A program made the position numbers and the translations under genes. DNA of 64,000 bases from a bacterium (GTDB taxonomy: Bacteria; UBA10199; 2-02-FULL-44-16; JAAZCA01), in NCBI GenBank assembly GCA_963674695.2, contig CAXXGI010000003.1, positions 288,001 through 352,000 on the forward strand, in the 5' to 3' direction. Below the pieces are notes generated by a model. The model saw only the letters and a list, made by a program, of their open reading frames with translations, had not been told where the DNA came from and made no database searches. Shown here piece by piece: positions 29,496 to 39,199 of this stretch (its first letter is position 1; every line of letters begins with the position of its first letter).

Positions 29496-31559
29496 ATGCG
29501 CGTTTCCCTTGAATGGCTCAAAACATTTGTGACGCTGCGCGGAAAGCCAGAGCGTCTGGCCCATCGCCTCACCATGGGTGGGGTGGAGGTGGAGGAGATC
29601 GAGCGCGTGGGCACCGATGTGATCTTCGAGTTGGGGCTCACGCCCAACCGCGCCGATTGCCTCTCCGTGATGGGCGTTGCGCGCGAGATCGCCGCCGTCA
29701 CGGGTGCGCCGATCAAGGTGCCTGCCGTGCGCGCGCCGCGCGGGATGGGCAAGATGTCCAAGCAGGTGCGCGTCTCCGTGCGCAGTCGGAAACGCTGTCC
29801 GCGGTATGCGGCGCGCATCATCGAGGGGGTTCAGATCGGACCATCCCCCTCCTGGATGGTGAAGCGCCTTGCGGCCGCGGGTATCCGTTCGATCAATAAC
29901 GTCGTCGACGCCACCAACTATGTGATGCTCGAGTGCGGGCAACCGTTGCATGCCTTCGATCTGCGTTTTGTCCGGGACGAAAAACTCATCATCCGTGAGG
30001 CGGGCAAGGCGATGACCTTTACGACCCTCGACGGTCTGGAACGCAAGCTGCTTCCTGAGGATCTGCTCATCTGCGACGGGCAGGGGCCGGTCGCGCTCGC
30101 CGGCATCATGGGGGGCGAGAATTCAGAGGTGCGTCAGTCGACCACGACGCTTTTGCTCGAGAGCGCGTATTTCGAGCCCTCCGGCGTTCGCCGAACATCG
30201 CGTCGCTTGGGGCTGGCTACCGAATCTTCTCGCCGCTTCGAGCGTGGCGTCGATCCGAACGGTGTGCTCACCGCACTCCATCGCCTGACCGAAATCATCT
30301 GCGAGACGGCGGGCGGAAAACCCACGGCCGATCATATCGATCTCTATCCCAAGCGCATCGCGCCGAAGCGCGTCTCCGTGACCGTCGATGAGGTGAATCG
30401 CATTCTGGGGACGAAGCTTACGCGTGCCCAGATGGTGAAATGCCTCAAGGGGTTGGGATTTGCTGTCGGTGCCGGGGGAGGGAAGCGCTTGTCGGTATTG
30501 GTGCCGACCGTTCGTCCGGATATCACCCGCCCCATCGATCTGATCGAAGAGGTGGCGCGCATTCACGGATATGATCAGATCCCCGAAACGATGCCGATGG
30601 TGCGCGTGGCGCCGCTTTCCAAACCACATGGATGGAAGCAGGAGGAGGATGTTCGACAGGCGCTGATCGATACAGGGTTTACGGAAACGGTCCTCTACGG
30701 TTTTCGCAGCGAAGAGGCGGTTGCCCCTTTCGATGAGTTGGGGAGCAATCCGATCCTTTTGACCAATCCGCTTTCGCGTGAGCAGGGAGTGATGCAGCCC
30801 ACCCTCGTTCCAGGAGTGCTCGATGTGCTGCGGTTCAATGCCACTCGGCAACGCGGCGACTGTCGTGCCTTTGCCTTGCAGCACGTCTTCCATCGTCCCT
30901 GTGGTGTCGGTCCGTGCGAAGAGCCGCGCATGGTCTCCGGCGCGATGACCGGCGTTCGTTTCCCCGGGGCTTGGGAGCGATCCAGCGAGATGCTCGACTT
31001 CTATGACGCCAAGGGCGTGGTCGATCTCATCCTGGAAACGCTCGGTCTCTCCGGCGAGGTCATCTTTCAGCGCGGCGAGGGATATCGGTTTCTCCATCCG
31101 GGACGGTTCGCGTATATTCTGCTGGGATCGAAGCGGGTTGGTTATGTCGGGCAGTTGCATCCGGATGTCGCGGCACAATGGGATCTGGAAAAGGATGTGT
31201 TTCTCTTCGAGTGTGACTTCGATCATTTGGCGGATCTGTCTCTGGCCGAGTCGAAGCGCTATCAGGAGTATTCGCGTTTTCCGCATGTCGATCGCGATCT
31301 GGCCATCGTCATCGATGCAGCCACGCCGGCCGTCGAGGTGGAGCGCACGATCCAGGATTCGGGCGCGGATTTCATCGAGCAGGTTCGGATCTTCGACGTC
31401 TATCGGGGCAAGGGGGTCGATGAGGCCTCCAAGAGCCTTGGGGTGAGCGTGCGGTTTTCTCGGAATGACGGGACGCTCACCGATGCCCAGGTCGATGCGG
31501 CCCAATCGCGTATCCTATTGCAATTACAGAAGAAATTGGGCGCGCAGCTCCGTTCCTGA
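29496..31559 (+). CDS. pheT: Phenylalanine--tRNA ligase beta subunit (lacks the B2 OB-fold)
   Basis: TPNRADCLS, INNVVD, QPLHAFD, RFERGVD, DLIEEVARIHGY, C-terminal FDX-ACB. Confidence 0.97.
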   Translation: MRVSLEWLKTFVTLRGKPERLAHRLTMGGVEVEEIERVGTDVIFELGLTPNRADCLSVMGVAREIAAVTGAPIKVPAVRAPRGMGKMSKQVRVSVRSRKRCPRYAARIIEGVQIGPSPSWMVKRLAAAGIRSINNVVDATNYVMLECGQPLHAFDLRFVRDEKLIIREAGKAMTFTTLDGLERKLLPEDLLICDGQGPVALAGIMGGENSEVRQSTTTLLLESAYFEPSGVRRTSRRLGLATESSRRFERGVDPNGVLTALHRLTEIICETAGGKPTADHIDLYPKRIAPKRVSVTVDEVNRILGTKLTRAQMVKCLKGLGFAVGAGGGKRLSVLVPTVRPDITRPIDLIEEVARIHGYDQIPETMPMVRVAPLSKPHGWKQEEDVRQALIDTGFTETVLYGFRSEEAVAPFDELGSNPILLTNPLSREQGVMQPTLVPGVLDVLRFNATRQRGDCRAFALQHVFHRPCGVGPCEEPRMVSGAMTGVRFPGAWERSSEMLDFYDAKGVVDLILETLGLSGEVIFQRGEGYRFLHPGRFAYILLGSKRVGYVGQLHPDVAAQWDLEKDVFLFECDFDHLADLSLAESKRYQEYSRFPHVDRDLAIVIDAATPAVEVERTIQDSGADFIEQVRIFDVYRGKGVDEASKSLGVSVRFSRNDGTLTDAQVDAAQSRILLQLQKKLGAQLRS

Positions 31560-31713
31560 TCATCGGGCATGCTGGTGGCGTCCATCGATAGGTGTTATTT
31601 TTTCAACCGTTAGCTGGACATTGTGAGAAAATATTTGATATGATGTGAGAAATACGTTGTTGTATGAGTGAAATCCGTCAGATCGAACCCTGCATGCGGG
31701 GAAGGAGGACGAC

Positions 31714-32007
31714 ATGACGAAGGCCGAGATTATCGAGCAGATCTATGAAAAGGTTGGGTTTTCCAAGAAGGAATCGGCAGAGATCGTGGAGCTGGTCTTT
31801 GACACGATGAAGGAAACGCTTGAGAAGGGCGAGAAGATTAAGATTTCTGGATTTGGAAACTTCGTCGTGCGGCAGAAACGGCCGCGCATCGGGCGCAATC
31901 CGCAGACGGGAGAGGAGATCGAGATCTCCGCGCGCCGGGTGCTCACCTTCCGACCCAGCCAGGTGCTCAAGTCGGCGCTGAATCGCGGTGGTGGCGAAGA
32001 GATGTAA
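31714..32007 (+). CDS. ihfA: Integration host factor alpha
   Basis: KISGFGNF, GRNPQTGEEI, RRVLTFRPS; follows pheT. Confidence 0.95.
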   Translation: MTKAEIIEQIYEKVGFSKKESAEIVELVFDTMKETLEKGEKIKISGFGNFVVRQKRPRIGRNPQTGEEIEISARRVLTFRPSQVLKSALNRGGGEEM

Positions 32008-32065
32008 CCGGGTGGTGTATCCCTGACGGCAGTCGGCATGATCGATGCAGAGCGGGAGGTTCAGC

Positions 32066-32557
32066 ATGGAGAAGGCCCCGGCAAGCAAGGGCGCCATGCC
32101 CGCAATTCCGAAAAAACTCTACTTTCGCATCGGCGAGGTCAGCGACCTGGTCGGCGTGAAGCCATATGTTTTGCGCTACTGGGAGTCGGAATTTCCGGAC
32201 ATCAAGCCGTCCAAGTCCAAGTCCGGTCAGCGGCTCTATAAACGGCGCGATGTGGAACTGTTGCTGCGCATTCGCCAGCTGCTCTATGAAGAGCGCTTCA
32301 CGATCAACGGGGCGCGCAAGCGGCTCAAGGAGATGGGCCGGGGCGAGGCTCCCGTTGTTTCCGCAGTTGCTCCCGCACCAATCGAGGAGGCTCCCCGGCA
32401 GCTCGAGGCCTTTCCGCCAGAGGAGGCCGAGGAGATGGACGAGGAGATAGCGTTGAGGTCGTCAGCATCGGTAGCGCCGCAGGTGGCGAAGACGTTGGCG
32501 AAGGTCAAACGCGATCTTCAGGAGCTGCTCGGAGTGCTGACGCTCGAGAATAGCTGA
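32066..32557 (+). CDS. MerR-family regulator (ihfA-linked)
   Basis: [23 protein letters not shown]; [12 protein letters not shown]. Confidence 0.92.
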   Translation: MEKAPASKGAMPAIPKKLYFRIGEVSDLVGVKPYVLRYWESEFPDIKPSKSKSGQRLYKRRDVELLLRIRQLLYEERFTINGARKRLKEMGRGEAPVVSAVAPAPIEEAPRQLEAFPPEEAEEMDEEIALRSSASVAPQVAKTLAKVKRDLQELLGVLTLENS

Positions 32558-32613
32558 AGCGGTCATATGCGAAGGATTGACAAACACGGTTTGTGTCCCT
32601 CCCTCATACAATT

Positions 32614-32689
32614 CGGGGCGTAGCTCAGCCTGGACTAGAGTGCTTCCTTGGGGTGGAAGAGGTCGCTGGTTCGAATCCAGTCGCCCCGA
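32614..32689 (+). tRNA. tRNA-Pro(GGG), CCA not encoded
   Basis: CGGGGCG/CGCCCCG acceptor stem, CTTCC-TTGGGGT-GGAAG anticodon arm, GGTTCGAATCC. Confidence 0.95.
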
Positions 32690-32751
32690 CATGGTGGTTT
32701 GGGGGAGGGGCACAAGCCGTGTTTTTCTTTTTTGCGCCGGGAAGGTCGAAC

Positions 32752-33423
32752 GTGATTCATCTTCTTCGAACGATTCGTGATGATTTTCGCATGGTCTTTG
32801 ACCGCGATCCCGCCGCGCGTTCCAAGCTCGAGATCGTGCTCTGTTATCCCGGCCTGCATGCGCTCATCCTCTATCGCATCGCGCATGTCCTCTGGACCCA
32901 TCACCTCAAGCTCTTCGGACGCCTGCTCTCCCACTTCACCCGCTGGATCACCGGCATCGAGATTCATCCGGGGGCGACGATCGGCAATCGCTTCTTTATC
33001 GATCATGGCATGGGGGTGGTCATTGGCGAGACGACCGAGATCGGCGATGACGTCACCCTCTATCAGGGCGTGACCCTCGGCGGCACGAGCTGGCAGAAGG
33101 GCAAACGTCATCCCACGCTCGAAGACCGCGTCGTCGTTGGCGCCGGAGCGATCGTGCTGGGCCCGATCTGCATTGGGCACGACAGTCGCATCGGTTCTTC
33201 ATCGGTGGTCATCCACGATGTCCCCTCGCTCTCAACCGTGGTCGGCATTCCGGGAAAGGTCGTCCATCGTCGCGAACCCATCGTTCATAAGGAGGGCGCG
33301 CACCACTACGATCTCGATCACGGAACCCTTCCCGATCCCTTTGGCGATACGGTCAGGGGTCTGCGCCGCTCGATCGACGAACTGCAGGAGCGCCTACAAG
33401 TGCTCGAACGCAAGGGTGAGTGA
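32752..33423 (+). CDS. cysE: Serine O-acetyltransferase
   Basis: [34 protein letters not shown]. Confidence 0.95.
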   Translation: MIHLLRTIRDDFRMVFDRDPAARSKLEIVLCYPGLHALILYRIAHVLWTHHLKLFGRLLSHFTRWITGIEIHPGATIGNRFFIDHGMGVVIGETTEIGDDVTLYQGVTLGGTSWQKGKRHPTLEDRVVVGAGAIVLGPICIGHDSRIGSSSVVIHDVPSLSTVVGIPGKVVHRREPIVHKEGAHHYDLDHGTLPDPFGDTVRGLRRSIDELQERLQVLERKGE

Positions 33424-33432
33424 TCCTTTTGT

Positions 33433-33484
33433 TGTCATCCCCGCCTGCCCGCCTCTGGCGGGAGTGCTGGAGTCGGGGATCCAG
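33433..33484. repeat. TGTCAT-headed palindromic element with an inserted mini-hairpin
   Basis: TGTCATCCCCG[CCTGCCCGCCTCTGGCGGG]AGTGCTGGAGTCGGGGATCCAG. Confidence 0.65.
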
Positions 33485-33522
33485 TCGGCTTACCCCGAAT
33501 TGATTTTTCAGAAGCGGTTTCT

Positions 33523-34590
33523 ATGACGCATCAATCACAGAAAGTCCTCGTCGCCATGAGCGGCGGGGTGGATTCCTCCGTCGCCGCGGCTCTCCTGTGT
33601 GAGGCGGGTTATGATGTCGTCGGTATCTCGATGAATCTGCTCACCTGTCATCGGCCGAAGGAGGATTCCTGTTGTTCGGCCCAGGATCGTCGCGATGCCG
33701 CGGCGGTGGCGAAATCCCTGGGCATTCCCCATGTCGTCGTCGATTATCGTGCGGATTTTCGAAAGCAGGTGATCGATCCCTTCGTTGAGGAATACCTCGC
33801 GGGCCGAACGCCTTCGCCGTGCATCCGTTGCAACGAATACCTCAAGTTTGGCGCGCTCTTTGCCGAGGCCGATCGCCTCGGGTGCGAGTTCCTCTCCACC
33901 GGGCACTATGCGCGCGTCGAACATATCGACGATCGGTTTCGCCTGCGCTGCGGCATCGATCCCTCCAAGGACCAATCCTATTTTCTCTTTATCCTGAAAC
34001 AACCGCAGCTCAAGCGCCTCCTCCTGCCGTTGGGCGGGATGACCAAGTTCCAGGTGCGCGATCTTGCCCAGCGGCTTTCTCTCCCTGTCCACGAAAAACC
34101 CGAGAGCCAGGAGATCTGCTTCGTCCCCGATGACGACTATGTTGCCTTTGTCGAGGAACGCGCGGGCGCGCGCATGTCCGGCCCGGGCGATTTTGTCGAT
34201 ACCGAGGGGAACGTCCTCGGCCGCCATCGCGGTATCCACGCCTATACGATCGGCCAGCGCCGGGGGTTGGGCGTGAGCGCAGGCAAACGTCGGTACGTCG
34301 TGCGTATCGATAGCAAACGCAATCAGGTCGTCCTCGGCGACGATGCGGATCTTATGTGCACGTCGATGATCGTGCGCGACATCTCCTGGACGCAACCATC
34401 GAATGCCGATATCAAACGCGCGCGTGTGCGCGTCCGTTCCACAGACGCGGGCGAGATGGCGACCCTCGTGCCCCAGCCCGACGGCGCCATCGAGGTTCGT
34501 TTCGATGCGCCCGTCCGCGCCATCGCCCCCGGGCAGGCGGCGGTCTTCTCTCATGACGATGAAGTCATCGGCGGAGGGTGGATGTGGTGA
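33523..34590 (+). CDS. mnmA: tRNA 2-thiouridylase
   Basis: AMSGGVDSS, TPSPCIRCN, KDQSYFL, ESQEICF, TIGQRRGLG, PGQ. Confidence 0.97.
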   Translation: MTHQSQKVLVAMSGGVDSSVAAALLCEAGYDVVGISMNLLTCHRPKEDSCCSAQDRRDAAAVAKSLGIPHVVVDYRADFRKQVIDPFVEEYLAGRTPSPCIRCNEYLKFGALFAEADRLGCEFLSTGHYARVEHIDDRFRLRCGIDPSKDQSYFLFILKQPQLKRLLLPLGGMTKFQVRDLAQRLSLPVHEKPESQEICFVPDDDYVAFVEERAGARMSGPGDFVDTEGNVLGRHRGIHAYTIGQRRGLGVSAGKRRYVVRIDSKRNQVVLGDDADLMCTSMIVRDISWTQPSNADIKRARVRVRSTDAGEMATLVPQPDGAIEVRFDAPVRAIAPGQAAVFSHDDEVIGGGWMW

Positions 34591-34646
34591 GCTCGTTTGC
34601 ATCCCACGGCAGACCTATATGGTTTTTTGATTTCATTTGAAAACAC

Positions 34647-34673
34647 ACAACATATTCTCGGTATAGCCGATAC
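34647..34673 (+). promoter_or_regulatory. Sigma28-like promoter
   Basis: ACAAC-N14-GCCGATAC. Confidence 0.65.
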
Positions 34674-34718
34674 GAAGGAAGATAGAGGGAGGACTATGCT
34701 CTTTGGGTGCAGGAGGAC

Positions 34719-35744
34719 ATGATGGTGTTCACAATGAATGGGGGAGGGGGAAGTCTCATTTCGCCTGCGAAGTTTGCCGAAGCCGTTGGGATGTATGCCT
34801 TTCCCATCGACACCCTGCCGAGCGTTCCGAATTATAACGAGTTCGATGATCCCGAACCGGCTCCGTTCGATGCGGTGCACGCGAGTGATGTCGGCGCATT
34901 CGTCAATGTCATGATCGGCGCTGCTCGCGTAATGGGTCCGGGCGATGGCTATGTTCTTGCCGAGGATCTGGGGACATCACTGCTGACGCTTTCCGGATCG
35001 CAGCCGGGTCAGAAGGTCGTCTTTGCCCAATATCCGGAATTGAGCACCAGCATCGAATGGCATCTGGATGCACCGGAGTATGGTATGAGGATGATGTATG
35101 ACGTGACGATTCCAATGGATATGGATCCGTCGCGCAGCGCTCTTGTAGAGCTCTCCGAAACGTCGATGGCGCGTTTTCTTTGTCAGGCAGCGAGCACATT
35201 GGTCACGGAGTATGAGCGCGGAAGGGTTATCGCCTCAGATCGCATCACGAGGGCGCAATACAATCAAAGCTTGTTGAAATGTCTTTTCAGTCCGGAGCTG
35301 GGCTGGGCCACGGTTGATTTGGGGGGTGCATGGATGATTCCGAATCCCCCGATCGCCCTTGAGACCGCGCTCGATCTTCTGCTCCCTATCCAGTCTCATG
35401 ATCACTTCAAAAGGCGCGTTGCCTTGACTCGAGAAGTGCTGTTGGGAACTCCAGTTGGATTCTTCAATGGATCGGAAGGATGGAGTTCCGATGCGGTCAT
35501 AGAAAAACAGCTCTTTACGGCTCCCGAATCTCCAAACGGTCTTCAGACTTATGCGCGATCTCTCTGGACCGATCGCATGCCCTATCTCGCCGTCGCTGCC
35601 GCCAGTGATGAGCGGTATTGCGTTGAATTCGCCGATCGGTTTCTGAGGGGCGACGGTGCTGCGAATGTTCCCACGATGTCGGCTCCCTTCAACGCCTTCT
35701 GGGCATCTGCGGCGCGGACAGCGCTCGGCATCGGCAATCGATAA
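34719..35744 (+). CDS. Hypothetical protein, paralog of 57087..57977
   Basis: Shares MYxFPIDTLP, MGPGDGY, WHLxAP and TMSAPFNAFWASAAR with the 57087 ORF; AGGAGG SD. Confidence 0.8.
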   Translation: MMVFTMNGGGGSLISPAKFAEAVGMYAFPIDTLPSVPNYNEFDDPEPAPFDAVHASDVGAFVNVMIGAARVMGPGDGYVLAEDLGTSLLTLSGSQPGQKVVFAQYPELSTSIEWHLDAPEYGMRMMYDVTIPMDMDPSRSALVELSETSMARFLCQAASTLVTEYERGRVIASDRITRAQYNQSLLKCLFSPELGWATVDLGGAWMIPNPPIALETALDLLLPIQSHDHFKRRVALTREVLLGTPVGFFNGSEGWSSDAVIEKQLFTAPESPNGLQTYARSLWTDRMPYLAVAAASDERYCVEFADRFLRGDGAANVPTMSAPFNAFWASAARTALGIGNR

Positions 35745-35795
35745 TTTCGAATAAACCTTGAAATGCTGAGGGATGGTGTGACAGGTTCTTCTCCT

Positions 35796-37067
35796 ATGCA
35801 TGCCCGTATCGCCATTGTGACCCTCGGCTGTAAGGCCAACTGGGTTGATTCCGAATCGATGGCCCAGGCGCTTGCCCGCGCGGGGTTTGAAATCGTCCCC
35901 GTGGAGGCCGAGGCAGAGGCCTATATCATCAACACGTGCACGGTGACGGCGGTGGCCGATCAGCAGTCGCGTCAGATGATTCGCCGGGTGCGGCGCGCAC
36001 ATCCGCAGGCACTGGTCGTGGCCACCGGTTGTTTGGGTGAGGTGGATATCGAACAGGTCGAGGCGATATCGGGCATCGATATCGTCTTTGGAACCTCCAA
36101 TCGAGAGGCGATGTTGACGTATTTGGTCGAGGCGTTTGTGTTGGATGGTCATCATCTGCCGCAGCTAAAATCCCCCACCGAACCCCAGTCGCGCGCACGC
36201 GCGTTCCTCAAGATTCAAGATGGGTGTAATCGCGCTTGTGCCTACTGCATCATTCCACGGGCGCGGGGGAAGAGTCGTTCGTTTCCCATGAGCGAGATCG
36301 TCGCCGACTGTCGGGAAATCTCCCGGCATCACCATGAGATCGTCCTGACGGGAATCGATATCGGGCAGTATGGCGAGCGAATCGGGCCGGGGCTCGTCGA
36401 TTTGCTCACAGCACTTGTGAATGAGCCAGGGTGCGCGCGCATTCGACTCAGTTCGCTTGGGCCCAAGCGCATCGATGAGGAACTCGTTGAGCTGATGGCC
36501 GCTTCTCAGGGTCGCATCTGTCGTCATGTGCATCTTTCGATTCAGAGTGGGTCGGATGCAGTTTTAACCGCGATGGCTCGTGGATATGCGACAGACGACA
36601 TCGTGCGTGCGGTCGAGCGCCTGATGAAGGCGATTCCCCACATCGCCATCACGGGAGATGCGATCGCGGGCTTCCCCGGTGAAACGGAAGCGCATCATCA
36701 CGAGACGATGGCCCTTATCGATCGTCTTCCCCTGTCCGGTCTGCACGTCTTTCCCTACTCGGAGCGTCCCGGTACGCGGGCGGCTCAGATGGAGGGTTTT
36801 GTTCCGGTGACGATGCGAAGAGCGCGTGCCAAGGACTTGCGCGGGCTGGCGCAGGCGAAACGCGAGGCTTTTCTCGCCACACTCGTTGGGGTTTCGCTCA
36901 AGGCGATTGTCGTCTCGCGTTCGGCCGATGAATCTGGTATGGTCGAAGCCATTACGGATAATGGCGTTTCGTTGCGCGTGCCCGAGGGGCGGGTTGCCTA
37001 TGCCGACATCGGGCGCGTGACGGTGACGCACACGGAAGGGGAAATGGTATTCGGACAATGGGTATGA
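35796..37067 (+). CDS. mtaB: tRNA methylthiotransferase MtaB (radical SAM)
   Basis: TLGCKAN, INTCTVT, KIQDGCNRACAYC, HVFPYSERPGT. Confidence 0.9.
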   Translation: MHARIAIVTLGCKANWVDSESMAQALARAGFEIVPVEAEAEAYIINTCTVTAVADQQSRQMIRRVRRAHPQALVVATGCLGEVDIEQVEAISGIDIVFGTSNREAMLTYLVEAFVLDGHHLPQLKSPTEPQSRARAFLKIQDGCNRACAYCIIPRARGKSRSFPMSEIVADCREISRHHHEIVLTGIDIGQYGERIGPGLVDLLTALVNEPGCARIRLSSLGPKRIDEELVELMAASQGRICRHVHLSIQSGSDAVLTAMARGYATDDIVRAVERLMKAIPHIAITGDAIAGFPGETEAHHHETMALIDRLPLSGLHVFPYSERPGTRAAQMEGFVPVTMRRARAKDLRGLAQAKREAFLATLVGVSLKAIVVSRSADESGMVEAITDNGVSLRVPEGRVAYADIGRVTVTHTEGEMVFGQWV

Positions 37068-37789
37068 CCAAAGACGACAAACAGCGCATCAAAGAATTCG
37101 AACGGAATCTCGGCTATCGCTTCAAACGGCGCGAATACCTCAAACGAGCGTTGACGCACCGATCCTTCGCCAATGAGCAGCGGCTTGCCGCCACCGACAA
37201 CAACGAACGCTACGAATATCTGGGCGACGCGGTTCTCGAGCTGTCCGTGAGTCATCTGCTCATGGAACGTTTTCCGGAGCATCCGGAGGGCGAACTCTCC
37301 AAGTTGCGCGCGGCGATCGTCAATGAAGGGCAGTTGGCCGATATCGCGCGCAGCATCGATCTGGGGCAGTATCTCTATCTCGGCAAAGGAGAGGATCAGA
37401 CTGGCGGGCGAGACAAACCGTCGCTTCTCTCCGATGCGTTTGAAGCGGTTTTGGGCGCGGTCTATCTCGATCGGGGTTTTTCAAAGGCCTTCGCGGTGAT
37501 CGAGCAGCTCTACGACAAGATCCTTGAACGCGCGGGCGGCGTTGGATTCGTGCGCGACTACAAGACGCGTTTACAAGAGGTGAGTCAGTCGCGCTTCCGT
37601 GCCGTGCCGCGCTATCGCCTTGCGCGTACGACCGGTCCCGACCACTCCAAGATCTTCGAGATCAAGCTCTTCATCAACGATGAACTCTGGGGCGAAGGGG
37701 AAGGCACCAGCAAAAAGGCCGCGGAGCAGGAGGCCGCAAAGATCGCCCTCGAAAAACTCACCTCCGTCGTCGAAGACGATCCCTCCTAG
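37058..37789 (+). CDS. rnc: Ribonuclease III
   Basis: ALTHRS, NERxExLGDAVL, DAFEA, dsRBD DYKTRLQE. Confidence 0.97.
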   Translation: MGMTKDDKQRIKEFERNLGYRFKRREYLKRALTHRSFANEQRLAATDNNERYEYLGDAVLELSVSHLLMERFPEHPEGELSKLRAAIVNEGQLADIARSIDLGQYLYLGKGEDQTGGRDKPSLLSDAFEAVLGAVYLDRGFSKAFAVIEQLYDKILERAGGVGFVRDYKTRLQEVSQSRFRAVPRYRLARTTGPDHSKIFEIKLFINDELWGEGEGTSKKAAEQEAAKIALEKLTSVVEDDPS

Positions 37790-38271
37790 TCGGCTTCTGT
37801 TATCTGTTCCATTTCCGCTTTCGGGTTGTCGCGCACCATCGTTTCCGCAGAGATCTTTGACGCCGTGATGGCGAATTCGTCATCCTTTTCCGAAATGGTG
37901 ATGACGGCGGAAAATTGAACGCGATCGCAGCACCAGTCTGCCTCGGGGGCTTCCGGGGCGTCTTCTGGAGGTGTGCAGATTTCGGCATCCTGCGGGATGT
38001 GCATGTAGTGCAGGTGGTCGCGAAATGCGTGCAGCGATGGTCGCGTCAGTCCTGCCTGTGTGGTCAGGATGCCACGGCTATGTAGGTACTCCTGCGCCGT
38101 CATGAGTTCTTCGTTGCTGAATCCATCCTTTCCATCCGCTGCGGCAATGTCGTTCAACCGCTCATTGATCTGCTCGACATCCTCTTGATGCAGTTCGACC
38201 GTGTGTTGCTTCGGAAGGGATGCCTTGAGCTGTCGCAGTGAAAGATCATTACCCATATAATCGGATGCCAT
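37786..38271 (-). CDS. Hypothetical protein
   Basis: 161-aa ORF with GAGGAGG SD and upstream GCCGATAA. Confidence 0.6.
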   Translation of the reverse strand: MASDYMGNDLSLRQLKASLPKQHTVELHQEDVEQINERLNDIAAADGKDGFSNEELMTAQEYLHSRGILTTQAGLTRPSLHAFRDHLHYMHIPQDAEICTPPEDAPEAPEADWCCDRVQFSAVITISEKDDEFAITASKISAETMVRDNPKAEMEQITEAD

Positions 38272-38300
38272 TTTTCCTCCTCTTTGGTGGTGACAATCCA

Positions 38301-38329
38301 TTATCGGCCGGTGACGTGCTCGGGGTTGT
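38301..38329 (-). promoter_or_regulatory. Sigma28-like promoter (longer spacer)
   Basis: ACAAC-N16-GCCGATAA on the minus strand. Confidence 0.5.
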
Positions 38330-38560
38330 CTGAAGGGAATGAATTTCGGTAGCTGCTGTTACCGCGACAAAATAATGCCGGAAATGGGCCTGTTGGGCCA
38401 CGAGAGAGGGGGGCGCAGGGTTTGCAATCTCAGGCGAGCCTCACTATAGTGCCGCAACAAGGTGCAGGAAGGTGCGCGTGTTGTTTGAAATGAATGCATG
38501 GACGAAAGAGGGTGCTACATCGCCACTCATATAACTGAAGTCTCTCAACGGGAGGTTCAC

Positions 38561-39193
38561 ATGAGCAAGGTGCTGTATATCAAGGCAAGCCCGCGCAACG
38601 GTCGTTCCCATTCGATGGCAGTCGCCGATGCCTTTCTCACGGCCTATCGCAAGACACATCCGGACGATCAGGTGCAGACGATCGATCTCTTCGCACGCAA
38701 GATGCCGGCGTTCGATGGGCTGACGGTGCAGGCGAAGTATACGATCCTGCATGGTCAGCAGCACTCGCCGGAGGAACTCTCCGTCTGGCGCGACGTGGAA
38801 CAGCTTATCACCGAGTTTAAAGCCGCCGACAAATACGTCCTGGCCGTTCCCATGTGGAACTTCGGTATTCCCTATCGCCTCAAACAGTATTTCGATAATC
38901 TGGTTCAACCGGGCTATACGTTTTCGTATACCCCTGAAACAGGATATACGGGGCTCGTCACGAAAAAGCCGGTCTTCGTCGCCATGGCCAGCGGTGGGGA
39001 TTACCGGAAAGGGACGGGTGCCGAAGCGCTGGACTTCACCACACCCTATCTCAAGACTGTTTTGGGTTTTATCGGTTTTACGGATATCCATATGGCGACG
39101 GCATCGCCCATGCTCGCAGCCGGCCCGGAGGGGGCGGCCCATGCGCAGGAAAAGGCGATCGGCGAGGCCGTTCGCATCGCACAGACGTTCTGA
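38561..39193 (+). CDS. azoR: FMN-dependent NADH-azoreductase (AzoR/AcpD family)
   Basis: KVLYIKASPR, PMWNFGIP..LKQYFD, TFSYT, PYLKTVLGFIG. Confidence 0.9.
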   Translation: MSKVLYIKASPRNGRSHSMAVADAFLTAYRKTHPDDQVQTIDLFARKMPAFDGLTVQAKYTILHGQQHSPEELSVWRDVEQLITEFKAADKYVLAVPMWNFGIPYRLKQYFDNLVQPGYTFSYTPETGYTGLVTKKPVFVAMASGGDYRKGTGAEALDFTTPYLKTVLGFIGFTDIHMATASPMLAAGPEGAAHAQEKAIGEAVRIAQTF

Positions 39194-39199
39194 GGGGAT

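Noticed and set aside
38454-38480. GCAAC upstream of azoR as another regulon promoter
   Set aside because: No CGATA-like -10 at the 14-nt spacing (TGCGCGTG).
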